Assembly (NCBI RefSeq): GCF_964204645.1
Contig: NC_134031.1
Span: forward strand, 8,866,001 to 8,930,000
Origin: Tubulanus polymorphus
Lineage: Eukaryota; Animalia; Nemertea
DNA: 64,000 bases
Direction: 5' to 3'
This document shows, piece after piece, positions 11,671-24,000 of this stretch; within the stretch, counting starts at the first letter, position 1, and every line of letters begins with the position of its first letter. Under the pieces are notes generated by a model. The model saw only the letters and a list, made by a program, of their open reading frames with translations. It did no database searches and had not been told where the DNA came from. The position numbers were made by a program, and so were the translations under genes.

Positions 11671-11959
11671 GTCGTTGGAGTCGTTACTAGCCGACCAGAA
11701 TCCGGTCGTACCAATCACAGCGCTTGTAACAAACTGTCAGTAGACTTCTGTTGGTTTTCCCGTTAAATTGACCAATCAGCGAACGTTTTACCGAACAAGG
11801 AAGTATTTTGCAAATCGATATATGACGTCACGCGCAACAGCGCCAGTAATGAAATCACGCTTCGTGAGGCCAGGGGGCTGGTGGAAGCGAGTTCGGGAGT
11901 GATACCGGACCCCTGGCAAGCGAGGATGACGTTGGAAGAGGTTTCGTTTCCAAGACTCA

Positions 11960-13990
11960 ATATTCAGCTACCCTCTGATATGTGACATCATATGAATTTT
12001 ATTTGAATATTTTTTCATATTTTGAAAAATATTTTTTGGAAAATATAAAATAGTTTCCAATGCCGCGCCTACCTGTACCCTACGAAATTTTGGACGTAGA
12101 CCATAAACCAATGTTTATCTTTGGTCTTATTTGACTACAAAATAATTCTTTAAGAAAGATAAAATACAATATAAACTTCTAGAACTTTGAAGTCACGAAT
12201 TACAAAGATTTTTCAAGCAATGCCCCTTACTCCAAACAACCTCTAGCTTTCAAGGTAAACCACACTTTGCCCATGGGCAATTTATTTTATTTTATGACAA
12301 GAATAATATAAAGAATCGTTTCTGTGAGCATTGTCGAATAAAATTTAGTCCTGAAAATATAGAAGATTGGGAGAATCATCAATTTAAAAAAGCACATTTA
12401 GCTAAAATTTCCAATAAATTTGAAACAGAATTTAATGACAGAAAAAATAATATATTAGAAAAATTAAATTAATATATCTAGATGAAATTTTTAAAATATT
12501 TTCTATGGAAGATCATACACCAGAATATAAGCAATGGCTTGAAAAAAATGAAAATAATAGAAAATAAGAATGGTGAAATAACTAAGAAAGATATAATAAA
12601 AACAATTATTCCATCAACATGTAACACACACAAAAAGAAAATGTATTTATATTTATTATTTAACGATTATTATAAACAAGAAAATTAATTTTAATGAATT
12701 ATTTGACGCCTGCGAAAAAATGTAGAATTTCGCGGATAAGCTAATGTGGAATTGCAAATTTGAAATTCGAAGTTTTAAGAAATTTGGGGAATTATGAGAT
12801 TTGGCGATTGGGTAGATGATACAGGTCTTCGTCTATAGTGGTTTATTTTTTTTTGTCAATAATTGATCACTTGCGACCAACTTCATTCACTTTTGCCTGA
12901 AAGCTGGTCTGCTACTTCATTGCCTCCATGGTTGAGGAAAGAGCATTCTGATGTCTGCTTCATCATGACTTCGAGCATATCGTGTGGCCTAGCCAGCCTG
13001 CCCGGTCTCCGGGCCACGGGTTTGGCTGCCACTCAATATCCTAGTCTCTTGAGTCTGGGTTGAAGTAGACATTGTCATTTAAAATAACTTGTTTATGTTA
13101 TTCTGTATGAATTACCCGTGTGTCTTGTACGTTTTATTTTCTTGTTTTAAAATTTTTATTTATTGAATTTGGGAATTTTTCCAAGAATTTCAATGTAATA
13201 AGGATCAATAAAGAATTGAATTGAATTTTCACCTACACACATGCCATCAGAGGACGCGGAGCCGTATATTACAGCTATGCTATCGTAAATTGCTAATCTC
13301 ATGAAACCTGCATACCCCTAATATCGAACATATTTTCTAAAACATTTGAATTTTGAAATTATATGTTTACACATTTTCATATTGACCACTTGTAGCCGCT
13401 GATGAAATTCACGCCGGCCCTACACACATCATAGATAGCTTCGTCATTCCACCAGCATCCCCATGTCAGGGTCTGACTTTTATATCAGACTTCCAAATCG
13501 TGTATACATCCGCCATTTCGACCGAATAATCCGATTTACTGGTCATTACACATAGACCTGTGACGTTTTGCACATCGATTAACGGTTGTCGTTTGTAAAA
13601 TGACGCTGAATGATTAACATTGTTCAGGTTTCACAATGGTCACGTTTTATAAGGCGTCAAAAAACCTAAATTAACAAAAGAAGTGAGGAAAATATAAAAG
13701 AAAAATTCACAAAAATATTAAGATATTATGTGGATAATTAAATAACAGATTCAATTAATCATGCATTCTTTTTAAATAAGATTGTAAATTTTTTACACAT
13801 CGATATTATAATTCCATTTGATGAATTTACAAACAAAAAGAAACAAAGAGAGCGAGATGAAATGTGGAATAATATAGAATTTTATTTAAATGAGAAAAAT
13901 GATATGTAAGAACCTAAAGAAATTATAGAAAAACAATTGGATGAAAATGAAGAAACCAATAGTGATTTCGAGTATGATGATGTTGATTTT
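11960..13990 (+). pseudogene. Decayed AT-rich Polinton family 2 ORF remnants interrupted by other repeats
   Basis: FCEHCRIKFS...WENHQFKKAH Zn-finger remnant near 12320; virus-like composition at 12.0-12.8 and 13.66-13.99 kb; LINE-like aataaagaattgaattgaatt tail near 13210. Confidence 0.4.
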
Positions 13991-13995
13991 ATGTT

Positions 13996-14451
13996 TTAAT
14001 AACCATAAGGTAATGTTTTTATTCCATCACCCAAAATATATCTTTTATCGTCGAATGGATTAAAACTAGTTTTTTCAACTTCATTAATGTACATCTCGTG
14101 ATCTTCTGATCTTAAACAATTCATTTTATGTTTCATTACAATTGAGTTATATAAACACTTAATATAATCTTGAAATTCTATATGTTTATCAACCACATGC
14201 TTTGTTATTCCTTTTAACTTATTAGCTTCATGGTCTTTTGTTCTATAACTATACATTTTACTTCTTATCCCAACAAATTCAATCATTTCATCACCCCCTA
14301 ATTCATCTTTAAATTTACCAGGCTGCTTTTTATTTTCGTTACTAAATAATTCATGATCTTTTGGATAATTGCTTAAGTCAAAATGATGTTTTAATGTTTT
14401 TAAGTCTTTTGTTATGTCATTTGTCTTAATTTTTAGTATGTAAGCATCCGT
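13996..14451 (-). pseudogene. polB: Protein-primed PolB C-terminus (C-extein), family 2
   Basis: TDAYILKIKT...GKFKDELGG..MIEFVGIRSKMYSY...KGI...FDDKRYIL. Confidence 0.92.
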
Positions 14452-15305
14452 ACTCTTGAGGATTAATGGGAACCCAGAATTGAATGTTCCATCATCTGTT
14501 GATAAATCATAAACATAATCTGATGGGTTATATATTTCAAATAAATCTCTAACGTTTTCTGTGAACTCATTTTCTACATGTGTTTGAATATATTAGGTTT
14601 ATCCTTTATAATTTCTAAACGCATATTAAAAGCTAATTAGTTACATAACACATTTAACCCACTTATTGCAACTTTTCCTTTTTGTGCAAAGGTTATCTTT
14701 TTATCCTTTGTAAATTTTTTAGCACCATCTGCAGCATAGAATCCTAAGAAATACCCTTTTCTTAGATTATATTTTGCATTTAATACATAATCTGGCACTA
14801 TCTTTTCTTTTGTTGAAGTATAACTTTTAACTATTGCATGAATGTAGAATTCATCATTATATTTTATAGCAAAATCTTTTGGATTATTTACATGTATTCT
14901 ATAACATTGTGATGATTTCATAACATCTATGATTTTAAATATTTTATTTGGAAAAATTTCTTCACAATATTTTTTAATTTTTTCTAATAATTTCAAATCT
15001 TGATTACATAAATACCAACAATATTGAGTGCGACTAACATAATTATACACACCTGCTGAACCATCTCCCATAAAAAATCCTTTAATAAAATATTCTTTTT
15101 CTTCTAATGCTTCAGGTTCTATATTATAAATATTATCAGCTATTTCATCAAATGACATATGATTCATTCTTGGATAAAATCTTTTATGTAATAATTCACC
15201 TCCAATTTCTATATCAGTTGGTTTATTTCATCACCACTTCGTTTAATTAAACTGTGATCTTCAGTAACATCTATAAACCCTAATTTAGTTCTAACTCTAT
15301 AAAAT
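14452..15305 (-). mobile_element. Intein with LAGLIDADG homing endonuclease in pPolB motif C (N-terminus deleted, decayed)
   Basis: Block B YRVRTKLGFIDVTEDHSL; two LAGLIDADG helices FIKGFFMGDG and YFLGFYAADG; block F/G YVYDLSTDDGTFNSGFPLILKS followed directly by extein TDAY. Confidence 0.88.
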
Positions 15306-15992
15306 CATTCAATTACAAGGTTTCAATTTATAATCTTTTTTGTTGGCATTATTGATTTGCAAAAATCTTTGTTATCAATCACATAATTCTTTATGTTTTA
15401 GTAATGCATTTTCAGTTCTTAATTTAGATAAACATTTTCTACATAAATTTATTTTGTTATGACTGTTGAAATCACTTTCTGTTTTAAAGAATAAATCTAT
15501 TTTTTTAACCACATAAAATGTTCATTTTCATCTTTTTTGTAATATAACAAATCTATAACATTTTCATCATCATAATATTCTGTTAAATATAATGCTTGTT
15601 ATGTATAATCTTTAATATTTTCACCTTTTGTGAAATTTTATATAATGTTTCATATTTCCGATAATCTGTTATTCTACAAACATTTTCCTGTTGGGTGTAA
15701 ACAACTAATAATTGACCATAGAAAACATTTATCATCTTCATTTTGAACATTTATTACTGCTTTTGTTGTAAATGGTAATTTAATATAAGATGATGCTTTA
15801 ATTTCCTTTTCTGTTGAAAATTTTGAATCATTTGTAAACATTTTAATACTTTTTGATATTTTATCCCTTTTTGTATTATGAATATTTAAATCTAAAAACA
15901 TAATTTCATTCAATGTTAAACCAGAACCTTGAAAATATCTTTCTTCAATATGACGTTTAAATTCATTAAATATTTTTTCTAATCTCTCTTTT
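15306..15992 (-). pseudogene. polB: pPolB N-terminal region, family 2
   Basis: YFQGSGL, ASSYIKLP...VINVQNEDDKCFLWSI, LCRKCLS; near-identical to 49740-50470. Confidence 0.85.
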
Positions 15993-15999
15993 TTTCGGG

Positions 16000-17372
16000 T
16001 ATACCAGGTTCGATCCAAACTTAGACGACAGCGCACTCTGACAGTACTAACAACGAGGTGTATTTCTCATAGTGAACTAACCCAGTTTTGACTTTATTTC
16101 CCCTTTTATAGTTACAGAATCAGCTGAACAGTAAATTGAACAAACAAGCGTGAACAGCAGTACAGGTTGTTCGGTTGTTCGCTTTATAATAAGGATTACA
16201 GATTGCACGTCTCGAACTGCGTCTCGTAGCTCTCTGGAACCGCGTTGGGAATGATGACGGTCTCCTCAATTCCTTTCACTGTTGATCTCCAGCGGATACA
16301 GTTTGTTTATTGGTCTAGAGGTTCGTCCTGAAGTTGTGCGAATAATTGCGGAACGAACTTTGTTATCTAGTCCGCGGTTTAGGTTTTCCACGATCGCTAT
16401 TTCCAATTGATACGCGGTGTATCTGCGTGCACTTGGACCAAATCGCCTATTTTGATCACTTCGTTATTATCACCTGATGACAAGAGCCGCTCTCTTAGTG
16501 CCGTCAAATATTCATGGTGCCATCTAGCCCAGAAGTGCTTTATCAACTGAGCACGACGAACGAAACGCGTGTTCAACTGAATAAACCCGTAATCTGGATC
16601 ACTCATATCGTCGTCATCCACGAGAGGATGAGGTAAACCAGTCAATCGGCGACCATGCAGCAAATGGGAGGGTGTTAGAGGTAGTAAATCTGAAAAACTC
16701 GAAGAGATATAAGTTAGTGGTCGGTCGTTGACAACACATTCACATTCTACGATTAGTGTACTCAATAGACGCCATAAACTGTTTAATTTCGGATGACTGC
16801 AGTAGCTCGTTCAATTCATTTGAAGCGCATGTAAATGTTGACGCATTATCACTGATAACAACTCTCGGCAACGACCTCCATGCAGAAAATCTGCGAAAAG
16901 CTTGGATGAATGAATCAGCACTAAGATCAGAGACTAGTTCAAGGTGAATGGCACGTGTTACCGCGCATGTGAATAGGCAAATATAAACTTTTGCAAAACC
17001 CGAACTTGTTTTGACATTCAATGCCCCAGTATAATCGACACCTGAGATTGAAAATGGTGGATATTCATTCACCCGTACCGCTTGTAATGGAGCAGGATCT
17101 GGTAATTTATAAGGCTTGCTTAACAACAGCCTGCAAGTAAAACAAGATCGTAAGACAGAATTCACACACTGACGAATACTAGGAATCCAGTATTTTTCTC
17201 TGATGAAACAAATTGTTTCACCCGGACCCGCATGCATGATTAAACAATGCACATATTTTATGTACAAACGAGTAAAATGACTGTATTTCGGCAGCAAAGC
17301 AGGGAATTTTGATGAACTTAGCAATTGAGAGTTATGAATTCTCCCCTCTGAGCGCAAAACCCGGTTTTGTCT
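16000..17372 (-). mobile_element. pol: BEL/Pao family 2 integrase and 3' end
   Basis: HAGP...CFTC, GVDYTGA, CLFTCAVTRAIHLE, ISDNASTF, NDRPL, PLTPSHLLHGR, RPINKLYPLE. Confidence 0.9.
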
Positions 17373-18408
17373 AGAAAGCATGAGTCTGCATCCGTAGTAC
17401 TTTCTTAGAAGAGCGAGGTCTATCACATTTCTGCAAATAAAACCGTTTTGCTTAAAACTGCAGTAGCTAATGTTTACAGCCCGATATCCAACGTACAATG
17501 TACAGCAAACCTGCTCTTCGATGAAGGTTCTACGCGTTCTTTTGTTACTGAAGATTTGACTAAACAATTGCAATTAGTACCTATTCGATCTGAAAATGTA
17601 GACATCTCTACCTTTAGAGGTACGAAACAGGGTCATCGAAAGATGGACGTTGTTAGATTGTCGATTCAAGCGTTATCGGGTGAAAACATTTCAATTGATG
17701 CGTTAGTCTGTCCTAAAATAGCGTCATCATTAGTTAATTGCATTCATTCAGCGGTTGAAAAATATCCATATTTACAGGGTTTGAAGTTAGCCAGTCCTGC
17801 AGTTAATTCTAACTCTTTCGATGTTTCAATGCTCATAGGTGTTGATAAATATTGGTCATTTGTAGGCGATCAAGTGATTCGAGGACATGGACCTACCGCA
17901 GTTTGGTCAAAATTAGGCTATTTATTATCAGGGCCGCTGAATGAGCGTAATTCTAACTCAATTATCATGAATATCGTAACTTCTCATGAAGAAGAGAACA
18001 TAGATTTAGAGAGTTTTTGGAAATTAGAATCGGTAGGTATTGATAGTAAGACTGATGATGGAATGTGTTTTTATGATGATTATTGCCATGATTGTATCAC
18101 GTTCCAAGATGGTCGCTACACAGCTAGACTACCTTGGAAATCGAACCACGCCGAATTATCTGATAATTATACTGTTTCTAAAGCGAGGACACGATCTATG
18201 GTTCGAAAATTGACCCCTGAATTACGAAACACTTATGACAATATTATCCGAGATCAAGTCAATAGAGGGTTCATTGAGTTAGTTGAAGAAAGTGACCCTC
18301 TAATGAGGCCGTGCCATTATATCCCTCATCACCCGGTCTTCAAGAATAGTGCTACCACACCAATTAGAGTGGTTTATAATTGTAGTTGTAGTATTGGCGG
18401 TAAACCGA
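17373..18408 (+). pseudogene. pol: BEL/Pao family 2 protease and RT N-terminus (inverted relative to the adjacent integrase)
   Basis: LLKTAVA, LLFDEGSTRSFV, SKLGYLLSG, FWKLESVG, HYIPHHPV, TTPIRVVYNCS. Confidence 0.9.
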
Positions 18409-18444
18409 GTTATTACTATTTTCAACACTTTTATTTGTGTGAAC

Positions 18445-19205
18445 CTATAAATATTGGTTTATTAAATTTCATTGACGTTCTTTTTAATTTTACTGCTGTT
18501 AAATAATCTTCAAATCTTTTATTTCCTAAGTGTCTAGGACTTGATTGTAAATGTCTCAATCGTTCAGAATTATTTACTAATTCAATATCATTTCTATTTC
18601 TAATATTTTCACGTTTTCCCATAAAAACTATTATTCATTAATTAAAAAAAATCATTTTCAAAATCTGTTTTAGAAATTGTTCTCTGTTGAGTATTGAAAT
18701 CTATATATTTTTCTAACCACTTCGATTGATTAAATTCAATATATCTATGTACTTTCTTTAATTTCATTCCTTGTTTTAGATAAAATTTTAACATTCTATA
18801 ATGAACGATATAATTATATTTATTATTTTGTGTTAATATCAATTTTTCTGTAAAAACATGATCTTTCGGTTTTATTTTCTTCTGGTATTCACTTAGATAA
18901 CTATCATCTACGGCTAAATGTTCTGGGCAATAAGGTAAGTTTCTTGTTTTAAACTTTATATTTTCAGGATTTTTTAAATCAACTACAAAGAAATAACCAA
19001 TTGGAGCATCATCTTTTATACCCATGATTGCACTTTCCCAATCAGTTTTATCATCATTTTTAACTTCTGTTAATATACAATTTTTATATGGTTGGTGTTG
19101 CATCATTGCCCAACCATATAAATTATTGGCGTCAATGTATAGTAATTTATATTCATCATTTGCTTTAAAATACCTATCGCCCATAACACAACTAATTCCA
19201 CCTCT
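18445..19205 (-). pseudogene. polB: pPolB polymerase motifs A and B, family 2
   Basis: RGGIS, LLYIDANNLYGWAM, LMNNSFYGK, MKFNKPIFIG. Confidence 0.9.
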
Positions 19206-20461
19206 AATTGATTTTTGGCGAACCGTAGGTTTGACTATGCAAACGGTCTGATGAAGCAGTTTTCATTGAAAATGAATAGAGTACCGGTGTGTCAACAAGG
19301 CACAAACATTGGCTGTTGAACCAATAGTGTTGATTTTTAGTGTCATGGTTTGGCTTAATGAGTTCTCGAGCCCACAAAAATTTCATAGTGATCGAGTTAT
19401 TTTTAGGGGACTTATTCTTGAAAAACACACAAAAACCCTGCTTTTTAGCACTAAGTAATGGCACGTTTTTACATATGACAATTTGCATGCTTGGAATTGA
19501 AATATATAAAAGTTCAATCCTTCCTGGAAGTGTCGCCGTTTTTAGTTCGACTGATCTCAATGTACTTTTCGACCAACAGGCCCTCACTTTATAAAGCCCC
19601 TAAATTTCCTCGCTTCTATTTATTTGAGTTGACCTTGTAACCAGAGCTACAATGAATGTGATTGGCTGTTTGTGGGATATACGGGACATTCCGGGAATTT
19701 CGCCGTTTCTGATGTCATTAGGAAAGCCCATTGGCAAAGCCTAATGTGAAACCCAAAACAAAATGGCGCGCATTTTATTTTATTTGTTTTGATTTCTAGA
19801 AAAAAAGTCTGTATATGTTTGTATTTTTTACATTTTGTCGATGGATGGATTCTGACTTGTGAAATTGCGGTCAATCTAATACTGCGTCGCTAGTACATTT
19901 GTATATACGCACGTCAGCTGTCAGCCGCGTGTGTGCGAATATAGGTTACAGTTTGTGGTGTGTTAGTAATCACCTGAGCGAGTCTATATATAGGCAATTA
20001 TAGTATTCACAATTCAATTCAATTCTTTCTTCACAGCACTCTCACACATCTGCAGGCGCATAAATTGTCAGCCTCATACTTTTCTAATCCAAATTAATTC
20101 ATATTTAGTATAATATTTTTGACAATATATGCACTCAATGATTTAATGGTGAGCCACAGGGCGATTGGACCTTTATTTAAAATAATAAAACCATGTCTGG
20201 TTCTTTTAATAAATCTAATTCTACATTTGTATTTGTATTCTACATTTTAAACCACATTGCCAAGTTAAGGTATTGGTATAGTAGAATTTCTAAATTCTTC
20301 AAATAGCAAGTTAAAGATATTAAACCTATGGTAGTGTGACCTCTATACAAAATGTTACACATTCAAAAATTAATTTTTTTAATTTAAATCAACGGATTCA
20401 AATCTATGAGGTTTAACACCTAGCCGGCGAGCTAAGGATCTGATAACCAGCTGATGTCAAG

Positions 20462-20495
20462 ATGTCAAACTTCGAGACTTTAAAGCAGCTACGGA
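20462..20495 (+). pseudogene. gag: First 11 codons of BEL family 1 gag, split by the Polinton
   Basis: MSNFETLKQLR joins in frame to TTHRGQFTKLK at 41758 once the element and one TSD copy are removed. Confidence 0.85.
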
Positions 20496-21050
20496 AGTAA
20501 TAGGGGTAATGGGGCTTTCAAGCCAAAGGTCGAACGGTCGAGCTCATTAAAAAACAAAACATTAAAAGTAATTTAAAACTATAATATATTTTCATAACCG
20601 TGTGTATTTTATATTATAACTAAATATTTATTCTAAGATATTAATAATTTTAATTTTAAAAGCATATTACCGCGACCAATTGATTTATTTACAATACACA
20701 AATTCATATAATCAAATATATTTTAATAATAATTATTATTCTATTATTCAACTGAAATACACACGGTTATGAAAATATATTATAGTTTTAAATTACTTTT
20801 AATATTTGTTTTTAATGAACTCGACCATTCAACCTTTAACCTGAAAGCCCATTACCCCTATTACTCTTAAAATAATCATATACATGAATAACATTTAAAT
20901 TTACAGATTATTCAATATAAAAGTATATATTTACAACATTATTTCAATATTCATATTTGTATGAGTTAGATTTTTAAACATTAAAAGTGTTAGTAAAGTG
21001 TGATTGAAATAATACATGATATAAATCATTGAACTTCTAAAATCAATTTA
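20496..21050 (+). repeat. Left TIR, containing an internal palindrome at 20496-20865
   Basis: Reverse complement of 41156-41751 except for a ~40 bp deletion in the central hairpin. Confidence 0.93.
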
Positions 21051-21071
21051 AAAAAAAAATTTAGTATTAAA

Positions 21072-24000
21072 ATGGAAGCAAATAAGTACTACTGTCCAAC
21101 ATGTAATATCAATATAGATAAATCCCAAAAAGCAAGACACAATAAAACTAAAACACATTTAGAGAATAAATTGAAACTAGAATATAAAGATGATATATTA
21201 GAAACTAAATTAGATGAATTAAAGAATGAAAAAGAAACATACAAATGTGATACATGTAATCAATCATTCAGTGATAAAATATATTATAATGAACATTTAA
21301 AATCTAAAAGTCATATTAGAAATAAGAATAATGATATTTTAGGTGAAGATTATTTTGATAAAGATAATGATAAGAAACAGAAGACAATTAAAAGCATAAA
21401 AGATAAATTAAACAATAAAAGATCATACATGGAAGATGTAAGAAATTATATTAATTCATTAGATAATAAAAAAGATATAGAGATAACCGAAGCATTTAAA
21501 AGTGATATTGGCCCAGCAGCTATCGAGTTTAAATTTCATAAAGGAAAAACATTAGAAGAAAATAAAAAACATTTAGAAAATATGAAAGAAATAATAAAAA
21601 TAATAACTGATGTTGAATATCCTAAAATAAGTATATCTTCTAAAGTTAAATTCATAAAATCTGAAGATAAACATATAAATAATATAACCGTAATAATAAT
21701 ATATATATAATATAAATTCTCATTCACAACATATTATTTCAAAACAACATATAGATGAAAAATTAAAAAAATGTTAATATGTCAAAGTCGAAACTTGGTG
21801 AAGCGCACAGCCAGTCTTAAGTTTTAATGAATAAATAGAGGCGAGTGCCCTGTCGGCAACTTATATAGAACATTGTAAAAAAATAGGTTTTGCGGGGGCA
21901 CCTGTGTTCGACGTGGTCCGTGGCCAAAGAAAATCACCCAAAATGTCGAAGATCTATTCGAGCGAAGATTCGCCGTGATCAAATACATGTATAGAAAAGG
22001 AATTCATTTTTGCGAAAAAAACATGCTTTTGGAGTGTTGATTACAAATAGAAAGCCTTGTTTGTTTTACGACAATAAATCTTCCTGTATCGTCAGATATG
22101 TTCTACGAACGGCTTTAACAGTTTTATATGTTTTACACAAGAAATTTGAAGATTAAAAAAGAAAAAAATCATTTTTTGCGAAAAACAACGTAGGAGTTTG
22201 GGAATGTTGATTACGTATTGAGAGCCTATGGTTTTATCGATTATACGAAAATAAATTTTTCTAGTTTAAAAATGTCAGATTTCTACATTAAATCTCATGG
22301 CTTCAATAGTTTGATATGTTTTACACTAAAGATTTGTTCCTAAGTATTACAACGGGTTGCATGGGTACGGAATTAATGGAACAACGGTATTTTAAATACG
22401 GTACGGATTATAGCGAATTTTACTCGAAACGGAAAAGGGGAATAACGTTTGAAAAACGGGAGTAAAAAACACATAAAGATACGATATGTTAAAAAACGCA
22501 CGGCATTTTACTCCCAGGGATTGGCAAAATTCTGATTTAATTATTCAGTACTTGTGTGGAGCGGGACGGTCATTTTGTAACACGCGGACCGCGCGCGCGT
22601 TATTCTCCGGGACTCGACCCTTAGTGATGCTGTGAAACCGGCGCTCTTGTTATTCTAAAAAAAATCGACCCGTTGCTAAGGGACTGTGCTTTTTGTGGGA
22701 TTCGAATCCAGTCTTCCAATCGGTTTCTACGGAGAAATACGAACTAAAATGACATTTCTTTGACAATATTTCGTGAATATTCTTTGTAAATATTCTGAAA
22801 ATTACACAAAATCGTTTTGTTATCCTTCATTCACGTATTTAAACTACCCGCGCGACGCGGCCCGCAAGTTTCGACGAAAGTCGTCCGTGACCGTCATTTT
22901 CGTCGCCGCGATTTAGCCAATGCCCATGTGTCCCGGATGTAAACTACACTTTTTGAGAAGGACGGTATGGAGAAATATAGAAAATTTGAATTTGCCTCAT
23001 ACGCGCGATTAACTTAAGGAGCTTCCAGCTCGCGCCTTCGGCGCTCGCTGTGCGCTTATAATGAAGTGAAACTAAAATAGAAGAGAAATATTTTGAAGGA
23101 TCTGGTTTAATATTTGATGAAATAATATTTATGACTTTACATGTTTATAACACAAAATATAATAAGTTAACTAAATCAAAAACCAATAGATGAAAATAAT
23201 GTATCATATTATAAAGAACCAGATATTGAAGCATCGAGTTATATTAAATTACCATTTAAAACTAATGCTGTTATAAATGTACAAAATGAAGATGATAAAT
23301 GTTTTCTATGGGCTATAATAAGTTGTTTACATCCAGTTGAAGATTATAATAAACATACTTATAGATTAACTCATTATAAACCATTTGAAAATAATTATAA
23401 GATAGATAAGTATCCTGTAATAATTAAAAACATCCCAAAAATAGAAAGAGATAATAATATAAAGATAAATGTATTTGATTTAATCAAATTACCAAATACA
23501 AAAGGTAACAATATAAAACATTATACATTAGAACCTTTATATCTATCAAAAGATTATGATTCAAATGATGTTATAGATATATTATATTATGAGAATCATT
23601 ATATGTGGATTAAAAAATTGATTTATTTTTTAAACCAGAAAATGATTTTGATAATAAAATATATCTATGTAGAAAATGTTTACATAGATTCAGTAATGAA
23701 AGTGCATTATTAAATCATAAACAATTATGTGAAAATCATGATTATTGTAAATTAGTTTTACCAAATGAAAAAGATAAAATATTAGAATTCAAAAAATATG
23801 ATTACAAAAATAAAGTACCATTTGTTATATATGGAGATTTTGAATCATTAAATAAAGAATTAACTGATCAAGATAGAAAAGAAATATATTATAAAAGAAA
23901 GAAATTAAATTCTAATGAAAATGATTTTTCAGATGAACCACCAAAAACAAATACTATTAAAAAGATTCATCAATCAGCTGCAGCTTTCGGGTTATATATT

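Noticed and set aside
14637-15167. Free-standing or group I intron LAGLIDADG gene
   Set aside because: Flanked by intein blocks B and F/G that run in frame into PolB motif C
15998-16200. 3' LTR of BEL family 2
   Set aside because: An AATAAA is present on the minus strand, but no clear TG...CA limits or second copy
15674-17573. ORFs 15674..16036 and 16740..17573 as single genes
   Set aside because: They cross junctions between unrelated or inverted elements
20000-20461. 5' LTR and primer-binding site of BEL family 1
   Set aside because: No match to the 47175-47405 LTR was seen upstream of gag
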